Assembly (NCBI GenBank): GCA_016214845.1
Contig: JACRMS010000028.1
Coordinates: 16,070 to 80,069, forward strand
DNA from: Nitrospirota bacterium
GTDB lineage: Bacteria; Nitrospirota; Thermodesulfovibrionia; UBA6902
DNA length: 64,000 bases
Direction of reading: 5' to 3'
Part shown: one piece after another, positions 37,637 through 47,300 of the stretch
How positions within the stretch are numbered: position 1 is the stretch's first letter
Layout of the letters: each line of letters opens with the position of its first letter
Notes under the pieces: model-generated
Database searches by the model: none
Told to the model about the DNA's origin: nothing
Seen by the model: only the letters and a program-made list of their open reading frames with translations
Translations under genes and position numbers: made by a program

Positions 37637-38484
37637 ATGCAAATGAAAAAAGCTGATGTTTCAAAAACGGGCTCGGTAGATGCAGTTTACTCAGGCATAA
37701 AGAAAATACTCGAAGAAGCACGCAGCACGGCATATCGGGCTGTAAACATTGCCATGGTTCAGGCGTACTGGAATATCGGCCGGGTAGTTGTAGAGGAAGA
37801 GCAGAAGGGGAAAACAAAGGCAGACTACGGGGAATACCTTATCAAGGAACTCGCGAAACGCCTGACAGTTGAGTTCGGAAAAGGCTTCACTGAGACTAAT
37901 CTGCGTTATATGAGGCTTTTTTATCTTTTGTTTAAAATTGCTAACGCAGAGAGTTCATTATTTCCGCTGAAAGGAATTCATCACGCAGTGCGTGATGAAT
38001 TGCCCGTTGTCAGGCCGGATCTGTCCTGACCCATTATCGGCTATTATTGAAGGTGGAGAACGAGAATGCCCGTAATTTTTATCTGAATGAAGCTATCGTA
38101 TTAATAATAATGGGGCTCTGCCCCAAACCCCGGTTCATTTTCTTGCGCGGCCAAGAAAACGGAACCAAAAGAAGGCCGCCCGGTGATTGTTTTTTCACGG
38201 TATGCTTCATACCTGCCCGCTAAATTAAAAAAACTCGCTTCGCTCAAACAGTTTTTAATTCTTAACGCGTTCAGCCATGAACCATCCCTAAAACAATCGA
38301 AGGGGGATAAAGAAAAAAACAACTGCTCTGAAAAGAATGAGACGATAGTTAAGTACAGCGTGCTTAATGAAAACAAACAGATGTTCGCCTCCGGTACAAA
38401 CTTTACCTGCCGACAGAAGAGGAACTGGCGAAAGAGTTACGGCATGAGATTGAGTTGATAAGGGGGGAGAAGAAATTAATGTGA
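37637..38484 (+). pseudogene. Disrupted DUF1016/YhcG-family PD-(D/E)XK nuclease gene
   Basis: N-terminal AYRAVN..MV.AYW.IG...EEQ.G...A.YG; frameshift at LS(W)THY near 38027; central part replaced by an insert; frameshifted C-terminal remnant CSEKNETIVKYSVL...YKLYLPTEEEL at 38324-38484. Confidence 0.8.
38101..38320. mobile_element. Putative non-autonomous MITE-like insertion
   Basis: Non-coding segment interrupting the DUF1016 gene, with hairpins ggggctctgcccc and ttttcttg...caagaaaa and an aactcgcttcgctcaaaca motif; boundaries approximate. Confidence 0.45.
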
Positions 38485-39021
38485 TTTTATTAACCGAGTT
38501 ATTCACTTGAGTTGTTAAACTGTTCAAGCGGTTGAAACTTTTTCAGGAATGTATTTGATGCTATTTTTTATGATTCTGAAAATCGTATACCTGACTCCCG
38601 CCTTGCTACCGGCAGTACAATTTCAAGGGCAGCCCCCTTGTCTTTCTTTAAAATTGTCCTCGTTATAAACCTCTACACTACAAAGGCATATGGACTAGGC
38701 TTACATATTGAGATATTGAATTCAATTTTTAAGCCTGGCCCTGTTCTTCCCCCGTTGTAACCTCCTATAACCTCGTAGCCTACTAATATCGGGTATGCTT
38801 TTGCGTAGTGATCTACCTATCTACCAATGTCGCATATGTTTCGTAACTTTTTCAGGGTTACTTCCGATATTTTGTTCTTCCGAACTTCCGCGCTTCTATG
38901 CTATTGTACTGTTGTCAGGTTGTATATCGAAGAGCTGTCGTATTTCACGAGGGACAAATTGGGATAACGGCGTCAGATAGGTGCTTAAGGTATGTTAATG
39001 ATATAAGGGGGGTGGTTATCA

Positions 39022-42000
39022 GTGGTCGACGAATATATTCTATCTTGGCTTCATATATCTGATATTCATTTTGGTCACGGTTTTGCATCCGATAAATGGG
39101 ATCAAAAACTTGTCCTGAATAAATTGCTCGAAGATGTAGCCAATGCAAAAACGCGACAAATTCCAAAACCAGACTTTATTTTCGTCACCGGAGATATTGC
39201 AAATACTGGTCACGAATATGATGAGGCAACGGAATGGCTCATCCAGTTAGCTAATTCTATAGCGCTAGATGAAAATCACATATTTGTAATTCCCGGTAAT
39301 CATGATATTCAGAGAAACGTGGCAGGCTATGATCGTAATTTGCAAAGGTTGCTACATAATTTACGGTCTGGTGAAGAAAAAATAGACGACACATTTGCTC
39401 ATGATGAAGATAAATTTTTGTTGACTCAACGTCTCAGCAATTATTTGTCTTTTGCTCGTTCGTTTGCTCCTTTTCGATACATTCATAACCACGATGATTT
39501 GTTCTGGCATTATAGAATTACGCATAAATCGAATCTAATGATTTCATTGCTCGGATTAAATACAGCTTTGCTTGCCGAAGATCAATATGATAAAGGCAAG
39601 TTGCAACTTGGGCTTAAGCAATTAGAGGGTTTTTTGTTAGCTGATAAATCGGCTATGAATGAATTAAAAGTTGTGCTCAGTCATCATCCTTTTGATTGGT
39701 TATCGGATTATGAGACTGCGAGTCGATGGGTAAGAAATAATGCTCATATCCATCTTTATGGGCATATACACGGGACAGAATTTGAGAGTTTACGAGCTGG
39801 GAGCGGTAGCGAGTATATAAAGATTATATCCGGAGCAACTCATTCCCATTCTGACGAACCAGTTAGCCATGGTTATAACATAGCAGCCTTAGTTCATAAT
39901 CAGAAGGACAGCGAATATGGAGTTAGAGTTTGGCCTAGGTTATGGGTTGATCCTGCTAAAGAGTTTCGCGTTGATGTCAACAATGTGCCAGATGGATTGC
40001 ATTACGCTCAGCATAATTTGAAAGTTAGTTTTAACTCTGGTAGCCTATCTGCTGACACCTCATCGGACGAAAGCCCAATCCCCGTTATAATTAAGGTAGC
40101 CTCGTTTGGAAGTACACGATTATGGTCAAATTGTGATTCACCTCCGATTACTCCCTCGTGGGTTGGAAGACACGCTGAATTAGAATTGTTAAGTGATCCC
40201 TCAATTAAAGTATTGGCGATTACAGGCATTGGTGGACAGGGTAAATCTGCCTTGGCTGCTCGTTACATTGAACACAACGTGAATACTGAACAATTTTGGG
40301 ATTGGCGTGACTGTCGTGAGCAAGGCGATACATTACAAACGCATCTTATCAGGATTATTGAAAGAATAAGCAAGGGTCGAATTGCTTGCTCTGCCTTTAT
40401 TGATGAAGGAATTGTAGCTGTTATAGAGTTCTTTTTTGAAATATTAGATGACAAGAAGGGGTTTTTTGTTTTTGATAATATTGACCACTACATTGATGTG
40501 TCAGCTAATAAACCGGTGGAAGGAATAAAACTTTTAATAGATAATGCACTAAGGAAGAGGCATAATTCACAATTTATCTTCACTTGTCGTCCCACTGTTG
40601 CATATGACAATCATCCGGCATTTGTCCAAATTTCTTTGTTTGGCCTTTCAGAGCCTGAAACCCTTGAGTTATTCAAGTTGAGCGGAGTAGATGTTAAAAA
40701 GGGAAATACTCAACAAGGCATTGTCGAAGCTCAAAATCTCACTCAAGGGCATCCGTTGTGGTTAAATCTGATTGCAAAACAAGTTGCTAAGAATCAAAGA
40801 AATCTTGATGACATTTTAACGGACATGAGGCAGGGCAAGGACTTGGATCTTCCATCCGTCATGTTAAATGCAATATGGAAAACTCTAAATGATAAACAGC
40901 GCAAAATTCTTAGATATATGGCGGAAGCTGTTAGACCGGAAACAGAGGAACGTTTAGAAGAGTATATCTGTAATGAATTGAATTGGAATCAATTTAGCAA
41001 AGCGCTTCGAGTTTTGAAAGCCCTAAATCTAATAGTTATCAAGACAGCGCCAAACACTAAAAAAACCTTGGAATTGCATCCTTTAATTCGAAGTTTCATC
41101 AGAACAGAGTTTCCGATTAAAGAGCGTGAAAAATTTATTAATAAGATAGCATCTTTTTTTGATTTGCTAATTTCAAAAATGAGGGGAAGTATAGACAAGG
41201 GAGCCTCCTTTTCAATCTTAGAGCACTGGATATTTCGTGCAGAGCTGGCATTAAATGCTAATAATTACAAGATCGCTTTAAATATCCTCAATGAGGTTAA
41301 AAATGCTTTGCGAGCAACAGGGCATCCTGAAGAATTTGTTCGAGTAGCTAACCTTCTTTTTAAAGAACTCCTTTTTGCTGATGCTATTTTGAATGAATAT
41401 GCTCATTTTGACGATGTATTCAGTTCCTTTATTGATGTGCTATCTCACCTTGGGCAATACGAGCGCGCAGACACATTTTTAAGAAGGTATGAGGATGCGA
41501 TTGAGGGTAAAAGTGCGAGGTACGTTAATTTGTGTAATCTTCGTTGCTACATGTATTGGTGTAAAGGGGCTTATGAACCGGCAGTTGAATGGGGCAACCG
41601 AGGAGTTGAACTCAAGAAAAAGGCCAATATTGATACGCGATTTGAGTGTGAGCATAATCTCGCCTTGGCACAAAGAGATTCTGGAGATATAGCGTCAGCA
41701 TTAATCTTTTTTTTGAAAGGCCATGCTTTAGAAGAGGTGCTTGATCGAGAAAAAGTCGATGAAGACAGAGGTGGTCATTTTTATGGGAATATTGGACGTT
41801 GCCTCTGGTTTCAAGATAATATTGACGGAGCCTTAATATGCTACCAAAAAGCGATAGACTTGTTGGAGAAAGACGATCATGAGCCCAATATAATTGTTAA
41901 TAGAGGATGGGGAAATTTTTGGATTGGAGAAGCGTTAGAGAAAAAAGAAGATTTTCATGCGGCATATTGCTTTTATAAAAAAGCATTTAATTTATGGAAA

Positions 42001-42129
42001 TCTATTTTTCCAATAAAAGCTGCGACGGCGAATAGTAAAATCATAACAATTGCCAAAGATAATCCTGACTTTAATAATATTAATGATTACCAACTTGAGG
42101 CAGTCTGTAGTAGATGGTCGTGCAAGTGA
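39022..42129 (+). CDS. Metallophosphoesterase - STAND (NB-ARC-like) NTPase - TPR protein; NLR/Avs-like defence candidate
   Basis: HISDIH, TGDIA, PGNHD, SHHP, GHIH; Walker A GIGGQGKS, Walker B FVFDNID, GHPL, LHPLIR; C-terminal TPR-like helices; AT-rich. Confidence 0.85.
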   Translation: MVDEYILSWLHISDIHFGHGFASDKWDQKLVLNKLLEDVANAKTRQIPKPDFIFVTGDIANTGHEYDEATEWLIQLANSIALDENHIFVIPGNHDIQRNVAGYDRNLQRLLHNLRSGEEKIDDTFAHDEDKFLLTQRLSNYLSFARSFAPFRYIHNHDDLFWHYRITHKSNLMISLLGLNTALLAEDQYDKGKLQLGLKQLEGFLLADKSAMNELKVVLSHHPFDWLSDYETASRWVRNNAHIHLYGHIHGTEFESLRAGSGSEYIKIISGATHSHSDEPVSHGYNIAALVHNQKDSEYGVRVWPRLWVDPAKEFRVDVNNVPDGLHYAQHNLKVSFNSGSLSADTSSDESPIPVIIKVASFGSTRLWSNCDSPPITPSWVGRHAELELLSDPSIKVLAITGIGGQGKSALAARYIEHNVNTEQFWDWRDCREQGDTLQTHLIRIIERISKGRIACSAFIDEGIVAVIEFFFEILDDKKGFFVFDNIDHYIDVSANKPVEGIKLLIDNALRKRHNSQFIFTCRPTVAYDNHPAFVQISLFGLSEPETLELFKLSGVDVKKGNTQQGIVEAQNLTQGHPLWLNLIAKQVAKNQRNLDDILTDMRQGKDLDLPSVMLNAIWKTLNDKQRKILRYMAEAVRPETEERLEEYICNELNWNQFSKALRVLKALNLIVIKTAPNTKKTLELHPLIRSFIRTEFPIKEREKFINKIASFFDLLISKMRGSIDKGASFSILEHWIFRAELALNANNYKIALNILNEVKNALRATGHPEEFVRVANLLFKELLFADAILNEYAHFDDVFSSFIDVLSHLGQYERADTFLRRYEDAIEGKSARYVNLCNLRCYMYWCKGAYEPAVEWGNRGVELKKKANIDTRFECEHNLALAQRDSGDIASALIFFLKGHALEEVLDREKVDEDRGGHFYGNIGRCLWFQDNIDGALICYQKAIDLLEKDDHEPNIIVNRGWGNFWIGEALEKKEDFHAAYCFYKKAFNLWKSIFPIKAATANSKIITIAKDNPDFNNINDYQLEAVCSRWSCK

Positions 42130-42270
42130 AGACGAATTAGTAGTAAATTCTTGGTGCCATGAACACGCAGGACAAGCGGTGTCAAAGACTTGAACGGGGG
42201 TGGGGGTCACAAAACTTTTTACAGGTGACGGCATTTACCTCTAATCTCAGCAGAGCGCATCGTTCAACGC

Positions 42271-42468
42271 CTACTTCCTTTTCCCCAGAACATCAATCAT
42301 CAGGGGGATTGTACTGACTGCTCCAATAATCAGGAGCGTCCACCCTATCTTCTTTCTCTGATCATCTTTGAGCCTGTCTGCCAATAACAGACCTGCGCCT
42401 GCTCCTAGCATTGCGCGTGTGCCGGCTATGAGGGCGATTTCCGGTAAAGTCAAATCCGATTTCTTCAT
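42271..42468 (-). CDS. Small hydrophobic hypothetical protein
   Basis: 65 aa, strong AAGGAGG RBS, two hydrophobic segments. Confidence 0.7.
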   Translation of the reverse strand: MKKSDLTLPEIALIAGTRAMLGAGAGLLLADRLKDDQRKKIGWTLLIIGAVSTIPLMIDVLGKRK

Positions 42469-42486
42469 AGGTCCTCCTTCGATAAC

Positions 42487-42651
42487 TTAAAGTTTATCTT
42501 CTGACATTTCCTGTTTTAATGTGTTACTGACTTCCGTTTTTTCTGAGGGTATCCTCACCTCTACCGCATGTTCCTGCCGATCATCAACAAGCGGAATAGC
42601 ATTATCCGACTGCTCAACTCCATTGATGGTCACACTCGTTTCTCCGCTGCT
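42487..42651 (-). pseudogene. Orphan alternative 3' end of the cyclic beta-1,2-glucan synthase gene
   Basis: Translates SSGETSVTINGVEQSDNAIPLVDDRQEHAVEVRIPSEK...KL*, compared with GSGVTVDGVEQPDNSIPLVDDQQEHMVEVRIHVAEG* at 44359-44478. Confidence 0.85.
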
Positions 42652-42715
42652 TTAAATAATCTTTCTTTGATCTGACGAAAGACTGTAGGATTCTGACGTA
42701 AATCTGACGAATAAA

Positions 42716-44233
42716 CTATTCCTTAAGAACATAGTGGGTTGCCCTCCCGGCCCCCTTCTGTCTGATAAGTTCTAACGCCATGAGTCTCTTGAAGTCTCTA
42801 TTTGCCGTATCTCTTGTAATCCCAAAGGTCTTTGTACATTCCTCGCTGTTTATCCTTGCGTGACCGAGGATGTACTTGAGGATGTCTCTTTGTCTCGTTG
42901 TTAACTGGTTTAGTTTATCGGCGGGGACTTCAAAAACAACATTCAGCTTGCCAGGGTTAACCTTAAGAATATCCTCTGGCCCATGGAATGTGACTGTGAA
43001 ATAACCTGCGTCATAATCAAACATCGGAGGCTTAAGGCCGTAGTTAACCATCATATCGTGCATCCTTTTGAATCCGCCGCCCCTTTCTTCCATGAGTTTC
43101 ACGTCAAACAGGGCTCTGGCTATTATTGGATTCCGGGATACAGGGCGGTACTTAAATGATTTCACCATTTCAAGAGTCAATGGTTGAGGGAGTAGACCAG
43201 GGCTTGCTATCACTATCCTGTTACTAAAAATCTGGATCATCACTGTTGCGCCTGATATTCCATAATCCCTGTGAGCGAGGGCATTTATAACGGCCTCCCG
43301 CAATGCCTCAATAGGATACTCAGAAATCTGCACACGTGAAAAACCCTCAATTCTTGCGGCGGTCTTCATGTTCTTGAGGAAGAATGCCTCAGCATCTTTG
43401 ACCATATTAAAAATAGTGCCTTCCATCTCTTTTTGATCTATTGTGTTTGCCGGTCCAATGCCCTGAAAGGCATCTGCCTTTATCTTACTTTGAGGTAGAT
43501 AGTATTCAGGATGCTTGCCGAATAGAAGCAATCCGGCAACGGTTGGAACTAACAGTTTCTTACTGGGCAAATAATGAAGCATGTTCCTCTTTCTGAGGTG
43601 TTCTGTAATTTCGGCTTTACTTTTTAGTTGGAAGCCAGCCGTCTTAAAAAAGAATTCAGCATCTTTCAAGTAAATGTCATCCAGCAATGCATTCATTATG
43701 GGTTTTTTATCAATATTGAGTGAAGTCTTATCAATATCTGAAATACTTTTTCCAACCGGAAGGTCGACTCCGTGCTCTTTCTTGAGATAATGAACCAGTC
43801 CTTTGCGAATCCAATCCTTCAGCTCTCTGTAATTCTCAAATCTCTTGTAACTATATCCTTTATGTCCCTTGAATTCTTTCAATAACTTTTTGAGATTATC
43901 ATCCCTTTCAGTGTCTGTTTTTCCTTTGAGGAAAACGAGAATATATTTCCCGTCGGCCATTGCCTTTCTATATTCTCTTTCCGTCGGTGAAAGGCCGTCT
44001 TCATCGAGTGTGCCATATTCATTTCCGAATAGGCCGATGTACACATCGCACTCTTTCAGTTTTTCAAGATATGCCGCTCTTGAGGGTACCGCCATAGGAG
44101 GAAACCCTTCCCACATCTCGACATCAAAATAACGGCTGAGAAACTCATTCTCCATAATCGCCTCTTCAACGGCAAGGCGTTCATTCATGAGTTCTTTTAG
44201 GACAGAGCTGATGAATATCTTGATTTTCTTCAT
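42716..44233 (-). CDS. DUF4062 - RecG-C-like ATP-binding domain - HTH protein
   Basis: KIFISSV..EL..ER, YIGLFGNEYG, SPTEREY; EYPIEALREAVINALAHRDY, SRNPIIA, MEERGGG; C-terminal TRDTANRDFKRL HTH. Confidence 0.82.
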   Translation of the reverse strand: MKKIKIFISSVLKELMNERLAVEEAIMENEFLSRYFDVEMWEGFPPMAVPSRAAYLEKLKECDVYIGLFGNEYGTLDEDGLSPTEREYRKAMADGKYILVFLKGKTDTERDDNLKKLLKEFKGHKGYSYKRFENYRELKDWIRKGLVHYLKKEHGVDLPVGKSISDIDKTSLNIDKKPIMNALLDDIYLKDAEFFFKTAGFQLKSKAEITEHLRKRNMLHYLPSKKLLVPTVAGLLLFGKHPEYYLPQSKIKADAFQGIGPANTIDQKEMEGTIFNMVKDAEAFFLKNMKTAARIEGFSRVQISEYPIEALREAVINALAHRDYGISGATVMIQIFSNRIVIASPGLLPQPLTLEMVKSFKYRPVSRNPIIARALFDVKLMEERGGGFKRMHDMMVNYGLKPPMFDYDAGYFTVTFHGPEDILKVNPGKLNVVFEVPADKLNQLTTRQRDILKYILGHARINSEECTKTFGITRDTANRDFKRLMALELIRQKGAGRATHYVLKE

Positions 44234-44358
44234 GTTATCGTTTGTAAAATGTAACAGATTTCAGCAGGAGTTTACAATTACAATAAATCTAAAACTCAGG
44301 GGGCTATGGTGTTGCGGTACCTGCGTAGTTCTGGGCCGTAGAGCAGCCGCATCAAAAG

Positions 44359-47300
44359 TTATCCTTCTGCAACATGTATCCTCACCTCAACCATATGTTC
44401 CTGTTGGTCATCAACAAGCGGAATAGAATTATCAGGCTGCTCAACGCCATCGACCGTCACACCCGATCCCACGCTGCCATTGTGGGTTTGCAACACGGTG
44501 ATATGGTAGAGAGTCTCCCTGTACCGGTAGTGCACTTTGAACGACTCCCATTCAGCAGGAATGCATGGCGCAAAACGCAGTTTGTCCACTTCAAGCTTCA
44601 ACCCTAAAAGTGATTCCATGATAAGCCGGTACAGCCAGCCGGCCGAACCCGTATACCACGTCCATCCACCGCGGCCTGTGTGCGGTGAGACGGCATATAC
44701 ATCGGCTGCGACAACGTACGGTTCTACTTTGTAAATCTCTACCTCTTCCCGTGATCTCGAATGCCCCACCGGGTTGATCATTGTCAGCAGTTCCCACGCC
44801 CGGCGGCTGTCGCCTGACTTTGCGAACGCCATTGCCGCCCAGATCGCGGCATGAGTGTACTGCCCGCCATTTTCCCTGACCCCGGGGACATACCCTTTTA
44901 TATAGCCCGGATTCAAATCCGATTTATCAAACGGCGGGTCCAGAAGCTGTATCAGTCTATGCTCACGCCGGACAAGGCGTTTATCCAACGCCTCCATTGC
45001 CATGGCTGAGCGTTTGGCATCACCGGCTCCTGAGAGAACAGACCAGCTTTGCGCGATGGAATCGATCTGGCACTCGGAATTACCCGCTGAACCAAGCGGC
45101 GAGCCGTCATCGAAGAAAGCGCGGAGGTACCACTCACCGTCCCAGCCGTTCTGTTCGATATTACTGCGCAGATGGGCCGCTTCCTTCAAGCAGAGTTCGG
45201 CAACGGGCAGGTCTTCACGCAGGCGTGCGATCTCAGTGAACTGCATGAGCACTTTATAAAGAAAGAACCCCAGCCAAATGCTTTCGCCTTTGCCGTGTTC
45301 GCCCACCATGTTCATGCCGTCGTTCCAGTCGCCCGATCCGATGAGCGGCAGGCCGCGTTCACCAAAATTAAGGCCCTTCATGATCGCCTGCACACAATGA
45401 TCGTACAAACTTGCAGTTTGTTCAGACCGGATGGGAAGATCATAATACGAGTCCTCATCGGCGTTAACCTGGCGGCCCTCGATGAAGTGGATGAGTTCAT
45501 CCAGTACCCCGGTGTCTCCTGTGCTCATAACGTAGCGGGATGCAGCCAGCGGCAGCCAGAGGAAATCGTCTGAACAGCGGGTGCGCACGCCCCTTCCAGA
45601 TGGAGGATGCCACCAATGCTGGACATCACCTTCCTTGAACTGATGGGCCGCGCAAAGGAGCAGATGCTGACGCAGGAGGCCCGGTTCCGCGTGGATGAGC
45701 GACATCATGTCCTGTAACTGGTCGCGGAAACCGAAGGCGCCCCCTGACTGATAGTATCCGCTGCGCGCCCAAATGCGGCATGCAAGAGTCTGGTATAAGA
45801 GCCATCCATTGGTCAGGATATTGACTGACTGGTCGGGCGTTTCCACCTGCACTGCGCCAAGTGTGTGGTTCCAGTACTGCCACACTGCGTCAAGAGCGCC
45901 GCGCGCGGCAGCAGGACCCCGGAAACGAAACACCAGGTTAGCGGCGTCATCGGTATCTCGTCCTAACCCGAGCCTGAAGATGATCTCGCGCTCTTGTCCT
46001 TCAGCCAGATCGAACGGGACTTGAATGGCCGCACAGGGATCAAGTGCAGCGCCTACCTTGCCGGAAAGCCTCATCCTGGTCATAGCCGCAGGATTCCTAA
46101 GAGTGCCGTTACGTCCAAGGAATTCGGTCCGGTCGCTGCTTACAGTTCGGGTAAAATCATCTACGTCGAAGAATGCAACCCTGCCGGGGAATTCCATATT
46201 GTAAGGGTTTCGGGCGAAGAGTGCGCCGCTATTAGAATTGATCTCTGTGATGACATGCATTGCTGTTTTGGGGCGCAGATCTCCCAGCACCCATTCCACA
46301 TATCCTGTAGCGGAAAGCCGCCGGGGCCGGCCTGACTCGTTTCGCACCTTGATCACCGTGAACTTGACCGATGCGTCAATGGCCGAGTAAACCCAAACCT
46401 CCGAGTGTATACCGCGCTCTGTGTGCTCAAATACACTGTAGCCGAATCCGTGCCGTGTGACATAGGGCGTTGTCCCGCGGCAGGGCAGCGGAGCTGGAGA
46501 CCAGTAATGTCCGCGCTCTTCGTCACGGAGATAGAAGGCTTCACCGCTCGTGTCGCCCACCGGATCATTGCACCATGGAGTAAGGCGGAACTCATGTGCA
46601 TTCTCACCCCATGTGTAGGAAAGTCCGCTCTCTGAGATGACCGTTCCGAAGTGCGGATTCGCAAGCATATTCACCCATGGCGCAGGTGTCACCTGACCGG
46701 GAGTTGTCGTGATGATGTACTCGCGCCCGTCAGGCGTGAATCCGCCCAGCCCGTTGAAGAACGACAGGTCTTTGCGGGGCATAGCTGCGGCAGCCGGAGG
46801 TTCGGAGCGGTGGGTCCGTGTCGGAGTTAGGAGAGGCATTGTTATTTCCGCGGGACCGCGGCGGTTGATCTGGTCCGTTAATGACCCGCGGCTGTCGGTG
46901 ATGATGGCGCGCGCAACTGTTTGAAACAGTATCCGGTCCTCGTTGGATATCTGGTCCGCGGGCCTGACAAAAATGCCTCCGGGCTTATCTGTCACATTGG
47001 CTTCGATGCCCGCGGCAATGAGGCCCATGATCTGGTCGTTCAGCAGCTGCCGGTAACCGGCGTGGTCTTCGTTCCAGATCACCAGATCAACTACAAGTCC
47101 TTTTAAACGCCAGTAGGCATGTGCCTGCACGAGTTGGCGCACCAGGTTGATATTGGCAATATTTTCGATCTGCAGCAGTACGATCGGCAGATCGCCTGAG
47201 ATGGCGTATCCCCAGAGGCCGGATTGTCCCCGATGGTTCTTGATGAGGATGCTCGCGTCGGCCCGCAGGGAGGAATTGGCATAGATTATCGATCCGGCAA

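Noticed and set aside
38101..38527. ORFs 38101-38376, 38183-38458 and 38288-38527 as real genes
   Set aside because: They read through the insertion and the DUF1016 remnant
42170..42250. Possible tRNA fragment (GTTCAAGTC on minus strand)
   Set aside because: No cloverleaf stems or CCA end could be built
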